From a virus (Duplodnaviria > Caudoviricetes), in the IMG/VR virus record IMGVR_UViG_3300021425_000040, positions 1 through 59,022 of that record: 59,022 nt of DNA; one strand, written 5' to 3'. Shown here piece after piece: positions 26,395 through 36,859 of the stretch. Each line of letters starts with the position of its first letter. Position 1 is the stretch's first letter. The position numbers and the translations under genes are program-made. Under the pieces are notes generated by a model. The model saw nothing but the letters and a program-made list of their open reading frames with translations, was not told the origin of the DNA and did no database searches.

Positions 26395-26769
26395 TTATGT
26401 CCAAAGATGTTCAAAATACATGCCAAATAGCAAAAATCCCTGAGAAACTTTAGCTTGTGTATTTTCCATGCATTCTTTACACTCATCGCTTGAATGGTTA
26501 TTTACACAAGAATCTAAACAAACGTCTAACACATCAGTATTAGCAATTTTAAACTCAAAACTATAAATCATAGAGTCTAAGATGTTATCCCACTTTTCTT
26601 TATCAAGAGTGCTAGGATATCCATGATTTCGCTCTTTATACTTACGCAGTAACGGAGCTATAATATGAGACAGCGTTATGTCTACATTCCAAGTATCCCA
26701 ATCCTCAACCTGCACATCAACAGTCTGAGTATCTGAACTTAGGTTAGGTCTTTTGATTGATACTTGCAT
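26395..26769 (-). CDS. Conserved phage hypothetical protein
   Basis: DTWN.D.TL..II.PLL...HGYP...W..ILD.MI..F...GF.LFG.YF..LW pattern. Confidence 0.7.
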   Translation of the reverse strand: MQVSIKRPNLSSDTQTVDVQVEDWDTWNVDITLSHIIAPLLRKYKERNHGYPSTLDKEKWDNILDSMIYSFEFKIANTDVLDVCLDSCVNNHSSDECKECMENTQAKVSQGFLLFGMYFEHLWT

Positions 26770-26779
26770 GCTATCCTCT

Positions 26780-27190
26780 TTATGTGTTGTAATAGTTGTT
26801 TAAATGTTTTTCAAAACTAACATCGTTAGCTGCTAGCTCTAGTATTTTAGCTATGCGCTCAGAATGCTCATCGTTTAGTGATCCGTTTCTAAAACAATTA
26901 GCCCAGTGAAGTAATGACGAGCTTAAACTAAGATCATCTTTGTTTTCTAAGTCAAGTTGCTTAATAAGAGCTTTCTTAGCGTCTAAGTATGAAGTATAAG
27001 AGCTACAATCATTAACATATCCATGAACATCAATCTGCCATCCTGAACACCATCTACCATACTTATAGATAGATTTAACTACGTCATCATCTTCGTCTAA
27101 GATTTCAAGTAGCAGCCACCCATTACTAAGATTTGTAATAGTAGCAAAGTCATCTGCATGTGCATAGCTATTAGTCATGAGAAACTCCAA
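26780..27190 (-). CDS. Hypothetical protein
   Basis: 136-aa ORF. Confidence 0.6.
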   Translation of the reverse strand: MEFLMTNSYAHADDFATITNLSNGWLLLEILDEDDDVVKSIYKYGRWCSGWQIDVHGYVNDCSSYTSYLDAKKALIKQLDLENKDDLSLSSSLLHWANCFRNGSLNDEHSERIAKILELAANDVSFEKHLNNYYNT

Positions 27191-27335
27191 TACAAGGAAC
27201 TAAAATACTCATCTTACAGTATTTAGGATAGTCTTCATAAGTCATAACAATAACTAACGGAAGAACTGCAATAATAGCAGCTACAATAGCAGAAGCCCAT
27301 ATAGCTCCTTTAATATTACCTCTAGTATTTGACAA
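27171..27335 (-). CDS. Small membrane protein (54 aa, TTG start)
   Basis: SD AGGAG; GAIWASAIVAAIIAVLPLVIVM TM helix. Confidence 0.5.
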   Translation of the reverse strand: MSNTRGNIKGAIWASAIVAAIIAVLPLVIVMTYEDYPKYCKMSILVPCIGVSHD

Positions 27336-27336
27336 A

Positions 27337-27627
27337 TTATACTCCTTCTTTTAACATTAACAATTCTAGTTTCTTCATAATAACAGAAACTTGGCTTTTA
27401 TCCAAACAAGGAATTACATCATCACACCACTCTTCTTCATAATCTTCATGAATTCCAGGAAGTATTACGAACTTACCAAACTTATCTAAGATTGCTACTT
27501 CATATAGCGTCTTTCCTGGCTCTAGTATTACACTAAGCTCATATTTACCATAAGTTTTATTGGCTTGCATAAGCTGCAAATCTTTAGACAACCATTTGCG
27601 TTTAAAAAACTTTAACTGCTCAAACAT
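27337..27627 (-). CDS. Hypothetical protein
   Basis: 96 aa; YELSVI...LYEVAI motif; SD AAGGA. Confidence 0.65.
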   Translation of the reverse strand: MFEQLKFFKRKWLSKDLQLMQANKTYGKYELSVILEPGKTLYEVAILDKFGKFVILPGIHEDYEEEWCDDVIPCLDKSQVSVIMKKLELLMLKEGV

Positions 27628-27788
27628 TAGTCTTCCTTTATAATAAAGTTTACTTTTGCTATACCATTTTTACATTTTTTGACATGATAATCAAGGTTAT
27701 GAAAGTTAAATAAAGTTTTTAACTCTTTAATAGTTAAGTCTTTTTTAGCCTCCCAGTTCATAGATTGTAAGTATTGATTTTCATCCAT

Positions 27789-27977
27789 TTATACTTCCTC
27801 ACCTTTTGATTGTATACAAATAGCTTGCTGACCTAAAGGAAAATGCCCACTTATACCACTAAGTTCTTGTCCTAGTGCTTCTCTAGCAAAAAAACAATCG
27901 TACATAGAAGAATAGCTTTCATATTTTACTACAAAAGGTTCAGAGCTATAAAGATAAATAAATACTAGCGTCCACAT
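27789..27977 (-). CDS. Hypothetical protein
   Basis: 62 aa; MWTLVFI...CF.ARE.L...QAIC. Confidence 0.6.
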   Translation of the reverse strand: MWTLVFIYLYSSEPFVVKYESYSSMYDCFFAREALGQELSGISGHFPLGQQAICIQSKGEEV

Positions 27978-27978
27978 A

Positions 27979-28164
27979 TCAAAGTTTCTCTACTTTTCCA
28001 ACATAAGCATTCGTATATTTAGCTCTAACTTCTTGAGCAGCTTCTACTTGTGCTGCTGCAAAACCATCGGCTGTAAGCATAAAAGAGTCAATATGTTTAG
28101 ACTCTGATCCCTTACTATAAACGTGTACTGTAAACATACTCATTGTTCTTGACTTTCTTCCCAA
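27979..28164 (-). CDS. Hypothetical protein
   Basis: 61-aa coupled ORF. Confidence 0.5.
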   Translation of the reverse strand: MGRKSRTMSMFTVHVYSKGSESKHIDSFMLTADGFAAAQVEAAQEVRAKYTNAYVGKVEKL

Positions 28165-28649
28165 TCTTTAATTGCATCTGATATACCAAATATATCATCT
28201 AAATCTTCTGGTATAATATCTTCAATAGTTTTACTAGTAGCCTCTGAAAACTCATAACACTCATCTTCATCTTCTGAAGTCCATTTACCTACAAAAGCTA
28301 ATCCAGGCTCATAGTAATAAAGCTTAGCATAAGTAGCTTGATTATTATTACAAAAAGTGTCTAGTGCTGCTATAGGAGGAGACCATGCACTATTAAATGA
28401 ACCTTCGATAGAACACATACCATCGCCTTCTAGTTTAAAATCTAAGCCTGAAGCATCTACATCCCATTTAGTTCCCCACTCTTCTACCGCAGTTCCATAG
28501 TCCCACTCCCCAATAGGTACTAGACTTTCTAGAAAACCTACTTCATCGTCGCTATCAATAATAGATTCAAAAATAGGAACCAAGGTTTGTAGAGGGCCTT
28601 TAATATAAATTACGTTTTCACACCAGTTAGGCATTACTTTTCCTTTCAT
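28140..28649 (-). CDS. YubB/DUF1281-like ferredoxin-fold protein
   Basis: MPNWCEN...WGTKWD...FNSAWSPP...YYEPG..FVG signature. True start is probably MPNW at 28634. Confidence 0.75.
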   Translation of the reverse strand: MKGKVMPNWCENVIYIKGPLQTLVPIFESIIDSDDEVGFLESLVPIGEWDYGTAVEEWGTKWDVDASGLDFKLEGDGMCSIEGSFNSAWSPPIAALDTFCNNNQATYAKLYYYEPGLAFVGKWTSEDEDECYEFSEATSKTIEDIIPEDLDDIFGISDAIKDWEESQEQ

Positions 28650-28660
28650 TATTATAATTT

Positions 28661-28698
28661 ATAATACCAAAAAATAAAGCCGCTGTCTAGCGGCTTTT
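28661..28698 (-). promoter_or_regulatory. Early promoter whose -35 sits in the loop of a terminator hairpin
   Basis: TAGACA-17-TATTAT on the minus strand; hairpin AAAGCCGC-tgtcta-GCGGCTTT. Confidence 0.65.
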
Positions 28699-28853
28699 TA
28701 AAGACTTTGGTGGTGACGCTTCTGTTACATTGCTTCTATTTTTCATAGAACCACAGTTTTCACACAAATAAATAGTAACGGTAAAGCTGTACTTTTTAAC
28801 TTTTATAAGATGTTCTTCTTTTATTATACTACAACTATTACAACAAGTTAGCA

Positions 28854-29051
28854 TTAGCTTAACTTAGTTTTCCAATAAGCATCAATTACTTCTTTACCTA
28901 CAGATAAAGTAGAGCCTGCGGGAAGGGAAAGAAACCACTTATAAACATCGTGTAATACTTCTTCTTCAAAAACAGATTTAACACTGTTAGGAAAAACTTT
29001 ACAGTGTTCTTCACGAATAAAGCTAATATCACGGTAAGAACGGTTCATCAT
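28854..29051 (-). CDS. Hypothetical protein
   Basis: 65-aa coupled ORF. Confidence 0.5.
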   Translation of the reverse strand: MMNRSYRDISFIREEHCKVFPNSVKSVFEEEVLHDVYKWFLSLPAGSTLSVGKEVIDAYWKTKLS

Positions 29052-29217
29052 AAGCTCCTCTAATATCTTCTATCATTTCAGATTCTAGCTGTTCTAGCTT
29101 GAATAGTAGCTTTTTACGCTGTAGCCTAGCTTCTGCTACGGGGTTATCTGCGCGTAAAATGTCTTCTAAAATTTCTACCATATGTAGCATATCATTCATT
29201 ATATAACACCTATCCAA
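29029..29217 (-). CDS. Hypothetical protein
   Basis: 62-aa ORF. Confidence 0.5.
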   Translation of the reverse strand: MDRCYIMNDMLHMVEILEDILRADNPVAEARLQRKKLLFKLEQLESEMIEDIRGAYDEPFLP

Positions 29218-29341
29218 TGAGTACAGTCGTCAAAAGGATCGTTATCAAACATATAAGTACCTCCTATAATTAGATTATAGAGTATCATAACATAAAAATG
29301 GGTAAACACCTAATGATTAATTAGAGCAAAAAAATGCAATA

Positions 29342-30355
29342 CTAGTTTTTATTTAAAGAAAATTCCATCATCTCATTAACTAGTTCTTTAAAAGTAGTCT
29401 TAGGAGTCCAACCTAGAATTTTTTCTGCTTTTTTAGCACTGCCTAGTAATAAATCTACTTCTGCCGGTCTATAAAATTCTGGAGATACATGAACACGAGG
29501 AGTACCATCTTCACTGTATCCTATTTCACTAAGTCCTTCACCTTCCCAATAAAGTGGCATATTAATTTTTTCAAATGCTATCTCTACTAAATCTCTAACA
29601 GAATGTAGTTTTCCAGTAGCTAGCACATAATCATCTGAGCTTTCTTGTTGGGTCATTAACCACATACCTTCTACAAAGTCTCTAGCATGACCCCAATCTC
29701 TTTGAGCATCTAAATTGCCTAAAGAAATAGAGCTTTGTTTTTGTTTATGAATATTTGCTACGCCAGAAATAATTTTTTGGGTAACAAATTCAATACCCCT
29801 CCAAGGAGATTCGTGATTAAATAAAATACCATTAGAAGCATGCATACCATAACTTTCTCTGTAGTTACGCACTATCCAGTAAGAATATAACTTAGCACAA
29901 CCATATGGAGATCTAGGATAGAAAGGAGTAGTTTCCGTTTGAGGAGTTTCTTGTACTTTACCATACAGCTCAGAAGTAGATGCTTGATAAAACTTAGTAT
30001 GATTTATAAGACCTAAAGTTCTAATGCATTCTAATAGTCTAACTGTACCTAAAGCATCTACATCTGCAGTATACTCAGGTATATCAAAACTAACTCTAAC
30101 TTGAGACTGCGCTCCTAAATTATATACTTCGTCAAATTTATGAGCCACAAAGAGCTTCATTAAACAACCAGTATCGGTTAAATCTCCATAGTGCAAATAA
30201 AAATTATCAGCACCTAATAGATGCTGAATTCGCTCTACATAATCTGCAGCTGTACGCCTTTTAATACTATGTACTTCATAGCCTTTAGATAGTAGTAACT
30301 CTGCTAAGTATCCTCCATCTTGACCTGTTACACCGGTAATAAGTGCTTTTTTCAT
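29342..30355 (-). CDS. gmd: GDP-mannose 4,6-dehydratase
   Basis: [62 protein letters not shown]. Confidence 0.95.
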   Translation of the reverse strand: MKKALITGVTGQDGGYLAELLLSKGYEVHSIKRRTAADYVERIQHLLGADNFYLHYGDLTDTGCLMKLFVAHKFDEVYNLGAQSQVRVSFDIPEYTADVDALGTVRLLECIRTLGLINHTKFYQASTSELYGKVQETPQTETTPFYPRSPYGCAKLYSYWIVRNYRESYGMHASNGILFNHESPWRGIEFVTQKIISGVANIHKQKQSSISLGNLDAQRDWGHARDFVEGMWLMTQQESSDDYVLATGKLHSVRDLVEIAFEKINMPLYWEGEGLSEIGYSEDGTPRVHVSPEFYRPAEVDLLLGSAKKAEKILGWTPKTTFKELVNEMMEFSLNKN

Positions 30356-30372
30356 TTTAAATTCTTTCTAAA

Positions 30373-30672
30373 TTAAGTTCTAGTAGCTAACCAGCTGTTA
30401 ACCATATCAGTAACATCTGAGTCTGATAAGTCAGCACCTTGTTCATTTTTTATAGGATAACGAGAATGAATATCTAATACTCTTGTTACTAGCTCAGAAT
30501 TAGTATGAGAAGTTACAGTATCAGGAATATGATATTTTCTTGCTGATTCATCGGGAGACCAACCTATTAAAGTGTGATCATCAGGATCAAGCCAATAGCC
30601 GCCATCTTCTACCCATTCGGGAGCTATTAGTCCTGAGTTTGTTTTATGTAGTTTATATTCAATAATAGCCAT
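30373..30672 (-). CDS. Hypothetical protein (possible fibre-associated chaperone)
   Basis: 99 aa; IIEYKLH...PEWVEDGGY; downstream of a fibre gene. Confidence 0.6.
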   Translation of the reverse strand: MAIIEYKLHKTNSGLIAPEWVEDGGYWLDPDDHTLIGWSPDESARKYHIPDTVTSHTNSELVTRVLDIHSRYPIKNEQGADLSDSDVTDMVNSWLATRT

Positions 30673-30673
30673 C

Positions 30674-31492
30674 TTATTGTTCCTTTGGTTTTTCTAACCT
30701 CATCATATAGTCTGTATTTAAGAAATCTGATTTTCCAAAAATTCGTTCAGAAGTAGCATCAGCACTTTTATAGTATTTATCTGCCATCTCATCTAAAAAA
30801 TCTTCTAAGTCGTTTGAATGTAAAAATTGTTTATTAGCTATACGTTCTGCACTATATTTAATATAACCGCTTACTTCTGTAAGTGCTACTTGGGGGTGTA
30901 TACCGTATTGCTGCATATACTCAATAGTAGCTGTGTTAGCTCTAGAACCATCCATTAGATTACGATACATTAGCTCAAAACCCCTACGAACATGATGACG
31001 TTTTTCTTCACGCTCAAAAGCTTCTTCATCCCACTCATCTATTTCAAATTTTTCTTTAATATTTTCATAAGAATCAATAAGGGTTGCAATATCTTTTACA
31101 GACCCATTAATTTTATTTTCTAAAGCTACTAAAGAATGACGCCTATTTCTAAGTTTAGCTTCAGCTACAATATCATTTTCTGAGTGACCTTCAAGTTCCA
31201 TAATTGCTACACGGACTTCTGCATGAGATACCTGAGCTTCAGATAAAGCCATTTTACGTTTCTCAACTTCTGCAGTTACTTGACGTAGCATTCTATACGG
31301 AGAATGTCCATTAAGCATTGTAAGGGTCATCATATTTAAAGTTGTTTGAGAATTATTTCTATCAAACGCTCTAGAAGCTTGTTCAATCATTGGTAGTTTT
31401 TCAGCTACCCTAGCAGCTGCTACTTGATTAATATTGTCGCTAGCCTCTGCTGGAAGAGAGAACGCAAGCGGTTTAGTTACTATATTATTCAT
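30674..31492 (-). CDS. Alpha-helical hypothetical protein (fibre-associated)
   Basis: 272 aa; SPYRMLRQ and EWDEEAFEREE motifs. Confidence 0.65.
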   Translation of the reverse strand: MNNIVTKPLAFSLPAEASDNINQVAAARVAEKLPMIEQASRAFDRNNSQTTLNMMTLTMLNGHSPYRMLRQVTAEVEKRKMALSEAQVSHAEVRVAIMELEGHSENDIVAEAKLRNRRHSLVALENKINGSVKDIATLIDSYENIKEKFEIDEWDEEAFEREEKRHHVRRGFELMYRNLMDGSRANTATIEYMQQYGIHPQVALTEVSGYIKYSAERIANKQFLHSNDLEDFLDEMADKYYKSADATSERIFGKSDFLNTDYMMRLEKPKEQ

Positions 31493-31521
31493 ATTATTTA
31501 CCTAACTATAATTAATTTGTA

Positions 31522-34500
31522 TTAAGTACCAGATGCTGCTGCGGCAAGAGCTGGTTTTGTAAGATCCCCTATATAACTAGCATTACCTGTTGTTTGTACA
31601 GTTACTCTTTGCATTTCTTCTCCAAATAGATTAGATATACTTCCTCCAGTACATAAAGCATAGGTACCATCACTAGATGCGCCCGCCTGGCTAGTTATAT
31701 AAACTAAGTCTCCAAAATCTGTAGCATTACCTGTTGTTTGTATAGTAACATAGTCTATATGATTTGAATTGCCTGCAGGCTGACCACCAAATATAACTGC
31801 TCTCGTAGCATCTGCGGTAGCAGCCGCCTTTTGATTAGCAATAGTTAAGTCGCCAAAGTCACCACTAGTACCAGAACTAGTAAAGTTCTGATATTTAATT
31901 TCGTTGAACGCAGTATAACTACTATTAACCCCTCCAAAAAATAGAGCTCTAGTAGAGTCTCCTGCCCCAGTTATCCACGCTCTGATAGCAGGTAAAGTAC
32001 TAAAATAAGAAGCATTACCCGTAGTACTTACAGTAATTCTTTCTATATCTGCAAACCAACTACTAATGCTATAGCTAGAGTAAGCCCCACCCCCTGCAAA
32101 AAGACCATAAGTTCCATTACCAGCACCAGCTAGCTCTGCTTTACCTGCAGTTAAACTACCAAAGTTAGAAGCAGAAGCAATAGAAACGGAAGAGTAATAG
32201 TCCATAGAAGAATAGTTTATCTGACTGCCAGGATTTTGAGAATAGTCAACACCACTAGAACTACCCCCTCTTCCTCCTGCAAAAACAATTCTAGTTCCGT
32301 TACTTACAGCAGCAAGACCACTTGCATATTTACCAAAGCCTAGATTACCAAAGAAAGAAGCATTGCCTGTAGTCGAAATTTGCTTTACATCTCTACTTTG
32401 AAAATATTCTGCACCTGATCCGGTATTACCTCTTCCGTGAGCTATAATAGCTTTATCTCCTCCAGTTACAAAAGGAGGCGGTGTTATACTAGTATCGTTA
32501 ATAGTTATAGTACTAGAAGTAGCTACTATGGTGCCGCTTATACTATCAGTTCTAATTTCTATTTGAAAAGTTTCTGATCCTTCTGTAGTAGCATCTGCTG
32601 TGGGAGTAACTGTAAATGATGCTGCATCATTATTTATAGTAAAACTACCACTAGAAGTTGTAAAGTCTCCTGAGTTAGTAAGAGTATAATATAAAGTGGT
32701 AGAATTAGCTACGTTACCTGTAGACACGTTTACAGTTAAAGCTGCACCCTCATTAATACTGCTTGAAGCAGGGGTTACTGAATAGGTTTTACGAAGCGTG
32801 AATATATGAGCAAAGCCACTACCGCTAGAAGATCCTGTACCTCCCAATCTAGAGCCTATAACTGCACTTTCTCCTTCTATTCCTACTCCTGAACCAAAGC
32901 CGTCGTTCTCATCAGTATTAGAACCTTGTAATATTGCATACTGATTCCAAGTACTTCCTGTACGTTTATATATGTAAGCCTTACCTGCATTAGAAGAAGG
33001 GCTATCTATATTTTCTGCACCTATAATAATATTATCTGAATCTATGTCTATAGAATTACCAAAGTAATCATTAGCTCCGGGGTTAGGATGAGGTATTCTT
33101 TGCTGCTCTGTCCAAGTAGTTCCTGAACGGGTAAATATATATACAGCTCCTGCGTCGGATACACTACTTACATCTTCAAAAGGTACCCCAACTGCTGCGC
33201 TATCTCCATCTATAGTTACGGCAGTTCCAAATCTAGCACTTGTTTCAGATACACTAGCAGTTAACTTTTGTTGCTGTGTCCAAGTAGTACCTGAACGTGT
33301 AAATATGTAAGCCGAACCAGAGCCGCTATTAGTATCATCATCCCATATACTTCCTGCTATAATGGTGTCTCCAGATATAGCCACAGAATAACCGAATTCA
33401 TCGTTGGCAGCCACGTCTGAAGGTTGAATTTTTTGTTGTTGTGTCCAAGTAGTGCCTGAACGTGTAAATACATATATAGAACCAGCATTAGAATCGGTAT
33501 CATCTTCGTAGTGAGCGCCTACAACAATAGTATCTCCGTCTATACCTACAGATACTCCAAACCTATCCTCTTCAGCTGCGTCTGAAGCTTGAATTTTTTG
33601 TTGTTCTGTCCAAGTAGTGCCTGAACGTGTAAATACATATATAGATCCGGCTGCGAGAGCAGTGGTATCTTCATCCTGTAAGCCTATAACAGCAGTGTCT
33701 CCTGATATAGCAAAGGCTGTAGTATTAATACCATCATCTGCTTGAGCATCAGAAGCTTTAAGCTTTTGTTGTAATGTCCAAGTAGTTCCCGATCTTGTGT
33801 AAATATAAGCCGCTCCTGAGTCAGTTGCTGTATCATCATCTAGTGGAGCACCTAAAATAACAGTATCTCCTGATATAGCAACTCTCTCTCCAATTTTATC
33901 TACAGGGTCAGCAGAAGCAGGAAGCAATAATGCTTCTTGAGACCACACTGAAGGATCATTTAAAGTTATAGCACTAGAAGTAGCTACTATAGTTCCACTT
34001 GTACTGCCTGTTCGTATTCTTACAGTAAAAGTTTTTTCAGGCTCATCTACACCGTCAGAAATAGGAGTTAAAGTAAAAGATCCTGTAGTACCGCTTATAT
34101 TAAAGCTACCGCTAGAAACACTAAACTCAGCCGGAGCATCTGTATCCCAGTATAAAGTAGGCTCTCCAGGTACATTAGCAGTAGTTACTGTTACTGTTAA
34201 AGTGCCCCCTTCATTTATAGCAGTACTAGATAATGCTATACTATAGCTAGGAGAATCAAATTCTACAGAATCCCAGTTGTCTGTATTAAATATGTATAAT
34301 CTATTATCGCCAGCTACGTAGGCTGTATCTCCGTTTGTACCAGAAGAAGGTAAAGAGCTAACGTTAGCATAATAAGTTACGCCCCCACTAGAAACGTCTC
34401 CAGGAACAAATTTACTACCTGAATTATTCCATACTAATGCTTGTCCGTCTGTTGGAGCGCTTGTAGTAATATCAACATTATTAATGTCATCTATACTACT

Positions 34501-35433
34501 GTTTGTATCTAATAGTTTTATCCAATTACCACCATGCGCAAAATAGCCTTTTCCAGTAGAGTGAACATGTGCAAACATACCGTGATAAGTAGTAGCGTTA
34601 GGCAAATCACCTTCTGTTGCAAACATATTTGCAAACTTAACAATTTCAGCATCTGTGGCGGCTAAAGCTCTAGCATCTGTAAAATAAAGATTTGTACCTT
34701 CAGCAACATCAGTAGTTGATTTAGTTCCGATCCAAGTGTCTGCTGTTGATGTAAAGTCTGAGGTTGCTAACTTAGTAGCAATGCTATTTGTTACTGTTGT
34801 GCTAAAATTAGCATCATCTCCTAATGCCGATGCAAGCTCATTAAGGGTATCTAAAGTCGCAGGGGCTGAGTCTACTAAGTTACTAACTTGTGCGTTCACA
34901 TAAGTTTGAGTAGCAAAGTCTTCTGTACTGCCTGACGCAGTAACAGCTAAAGAGCCACCATTATCAGATATTTGTAGGGATCCTAAGGATATTGTGCTAC
35001 CACTAAGATATAGGTCTTTAAATGCATAAGCTGCGCTTCCTAAATCATAAGCAACATTTGTAGCAGGAATAACATTTCCAGATATAGCACCTAATTTAGT
35101 TTGTACTCTTGCATCTGTGTAATATACATTAGTGCTTCCTTCACTTACATCGTCTGTATCTTTAGTTGCTAAATCGGTATTAAAATCACTAGTAGAGTAA
35201 CTAGTAATTGTTCCAGGTTCGAATTCTGTATTAGAACTATTCCAAACAAGGACTTGCCCATCTGTTGGGGCAGCAGTAGTTATGTCTACATCTGTTAAAT
35301 CGTCTATACCTATAGAAGTTGCAGCGGTAGAGGTAATATCCCATGCAGTTTTAGCACTGTTATATGTCCAAGTAGTACCCGACACTGTATGTGTCGTACC
35401 GTTACTAGGACTGTTTGGAAAGTTTATTGGCAT
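31522..35433 (-). CDS. Modular fibre/adhesin with an FG-GAP propeller, Calx-beta/Ig-like domains and a C-terminal TTGNA.DFGDL propeller
   Basis: 1303 aa. MPINFPNSP anchor; LDTLNELASALGDD motif; seven AYIFTRSGTTW-type repeats; two INEG..LTV.V.T.NV domains. Confidence 0.85.
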   Translation of the reverse strand: MPINFPNSPSNGTTHTVSGTTWTYNSAKTAWDITSTAATSIGIDDLTDVDITTAAPTDGQVLVWNSSNTEFEPGTITSYSTSDFNTDLATKDTDDVSEGSTNVYYTDARVQTKLGAISGNVIPATNVAYDLGSAAYAFKDLYLSGSTISLGSLQISDNGGSLAVTASGSTEDFATQTYVNAQVSNLVDSAPATLDTLNELASALGDDANFSTTVTNSIATKLATSDFTSTADTWIGTKSTTDVAEGTNLYFTDARALAATDAEIVKFANMFATEGDLPNATTYHGMFAHVHSTGKGYFAHGGNWIKLLDTNSSIDDINNVDITTSAPTDGQALVWNNSGSKFVPGDVSSGGVTYYANVSSLPSSGTNGDTAYVAGDNRLYIFNTDNWDSVEFDSPSYSIALSSTAINEGGTLTVTVTTANVPGEPTLYWDTDAPAEFSVSSGSFNISGTTGSFTLTPISDGVDEPEKTFTVRIRTGSTSGTIVATSSAITLNDPSVWSQEALLLPASADPVDKIGERVAISGDTVILGAPLDDDTATDSGAAYIYTRSGTTWTLQQKLKASDAQADDGINTTAFAISGDTAVIGLQDEDTTALAAGSIYVFTRSGTTWTEQQKIQASDAAEEDRFGVSVGIDGDTIVVGAHYEDDTDSNAGSIYVFTRSGTTWTQQQKIQPSDVAANDEFGYSVAISGDTIIAGSIWDDDTNSGSGSAYIFTRSGTTWTQQQKLTASVSETSARFGTAVTIDGDSAAVGVPFEDVSSVSDAGAVYIFTRSGTTWTEQQRIPHPNPGANDYFGNSIDIDSDNIIIGAENIDSPSSNAGKAYIYKRTGSTWNQYAILQGSNTDENDGFGSGVGIEGESAVIGSRLGGTGSSSGSGFAHIFTLRKTYSVTPASSSINEGAALTVNVSTGNVANSTTLYYTLTNSGDFTTSSGSFTINNDAASFTVTPTADATTEGSETFQIEIRTDSISGTIVATSSTITINDTSITPPPFVTGGDKAIIAHGRGNTGSGAEYFQSRDVKQISTTGNASFFGNLGFGKYASGLAAVSNGTRIVFAGGRGGSSSGVDYSQNPGSQINYSSMDYYSSVSIASASNFGSLTAGKAELAGAGNGTYGLFAGGGAYSSYSISSWFADIERITVSTTGNASYFSTLPAIRAWITGAGDSTRALFFGGVNSSYTAFNEIKYQNFTSSGTSGDFGDLTIANQKAAATADATRAVIFGGQPAGNSNHIDYVTIQTTGNATDFGDLVYITSQAGASSDGTYALCTGGSISNLFGEEMQRVTVQTTGNASYIGDLTKPALAAAASGT

Positions 35434-35447
35434 TTTTTTACTCCTTG

Positions 35448-35481
35448 ATACATGTTAACATGTATATATTCTTTTTGTCAA
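35448..35481 (-). promoter_or_regulatory. Promoter overlapped by a perfect 18-bp palindrome
   Basis: TTGACA-18-TAACAT on the minus strand; ATACATGTTAACATGTAT at 35448-35465. Confidence 0.6.
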
Positions 35482-35525
35482 TTAATAATTATGTTATTTA
35501 CTTTATTAGTACTTGCATATAGCAT

Positions 35526-35885
35526 TCATTCAATTAAACTCCAAGACTGATTAACCTCATCCCACTCATACTCATTGCCATCTGAAGGGTATGCTACGGG
35601 CGGGTGCCACCGACAGGTTTCTTCATCCAGCGTCCAAGAAACAAACGGGCGAGGCGCTAAGAAAGCATTTCGAGCAGCATCATAAGAATACCCAACGCCA
35701 GCAAAGTTCTTTCTAAAGTTGCTATTGTAGCTTGTTTGTTTCCAAGAGCCGCCGAATAGTTGCTCACAAAAGCTAACTCCTAAAGTCTCTTGCTCAACAC
35801 CGTTCTCATCAAGCAAAACATCGTTTGCGACTACGACTACTCGTTGGACTATGCTCTGATTATTTATTTCTGCAAAATGTGCCAT
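35526..35885 (-). CDS. Conserved phage protein (MAHFAE...WKQTSYN..FRKNFAG family), probable fibre chaperone
   Basis: 119 aa. By recollection this family typically follows glycine-rich fibre genes. Confidence 0.7.
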   Translation of the reverse strand: MAHFAEINNQSIVQRVVVVANDVLLDENGVEQETLGVSFCEQLFGGSWKQTSYNSNFRKNFAGVGYSYDAARNAFLAPRPFVSWTLDEETCRWHPPVAYPSDGNEYEWDEVNQSWSLIE

Positions 35886-36859
35886 TAGAAAGTAATGCTC
35901 CCTGATCCAGTAAATTTATAAACGTAATTAGTGCCGTTAACATCTGCAAAAGTGGTTATCGTTGGACTACCTGTGGTTGCAGAGGCTTGAGAGTAAGATT
36001 TAACTATAACAACTCCAGATCCACCCGCAGCACCGTAGTTGTTTGCTTCTGAACTACCAGATGCACCACCACCACCACCGCCTGTGTTAGCCTCTCCATC
36101 AAAAGCTCTACTTTCAGCACCGCTACGGCCCGTAGAGGTTCCTTCACCGCCTTTGCCACCGCCACCGATCCCACCGTGACCACCGTGTTTTCCATCTTCT
36201 GTTCCACCACCGCCACCACCAGCGTAAGGTGTTATCGTTCCTGTGATGTTGCTGTACACCCCATCGCCACCGTGTCCACCTTCATAATTCGTAGCGTTAC
36301 CGCCAACAGATCCAGCTCCGCCACCCCCGCCGCCGCTATCGTCACTTGCTCCCGTACCCGTTGTTGAATTACCGCCATTATTGCCTTGACCCGCAGTTCC
36401 ATTGCCACCAATTGTACCACCTCGGCCACCACCGCCACCACCAGAGCCTCCAGCATTTGAAAGACTTTGATCACCGCCATCGGCCCACATGCCACCTGGG
36501 CCGCCACCAATAGCAGTCAAGCCAAAGGCGGTTGTATCTGACCCTGCGTTTCCGATAGCATTAGTGTCTGCAAAATTTTTGGAAGCACCGCCAGCGCCAA
36601 TAGTAATAGTGTATTCAGTTCCTCTGATCAGTTCCATAGTGTTCGTTAATAGACCGCCAGCGCCACCGCCAGCACCACACGCAGCATCAGCACTAGTTGC
36701 GCCACCACCGCCCCCAGCAATAATAAGATATTCAATGAAAGCTACTTCAGCGCTAGGCCACTCTGAGTCAGAAACTCTTCTGGAAACCTGCCCTATAGAA
36801 AAAACGCCAGAGGAAATGCCATTATTATTCTCAGGAGATGAACCAATGTACCTTCCCAT
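35885..36859 (-). CDS. Glycine-rich fibre/virion protein
   Basis: EYLIIAGGGGG...GGGAGG...ANTGGGGGG...GGSGVVIV...YKFTGSGSITF. Confidence 0.8.
   Translation of the reverse strand: MGRYIGSSPENNNGISSGVFSIGQVSRRVSDSEWPSAEVAFIEYLIIAGGGGGATSADAACGAGGGAGGLLTNTMELIRGTEYTITIGAGGASKNFADTNAIGNAGSDTTAFGLTAIGGGPGGMWADGGDQSLSNAGGSGGGGGGRGGTIGGNGTAGQGNNGGNSTTGTGASDDSGGGGGGAGSVGGNATNYEGGHGGDGVYSNITGTITPYAGGGGGGTEDGKHGGHGGIGGGGKGGEGTSTGRSGAESRAFDGEANTGGGGGGASGSSEANNYGAAGGSGVVIVKSYSQASATTGSPTITTFADVNGTNYVYKFTGSGSITF

Noticed and set aside
35885-36859. GC-rich CCACC/CCGCC tract as a DNA repeat or foreign element
   Set aside because: Explained by poly-glycine codons of the glycine-rich protein.
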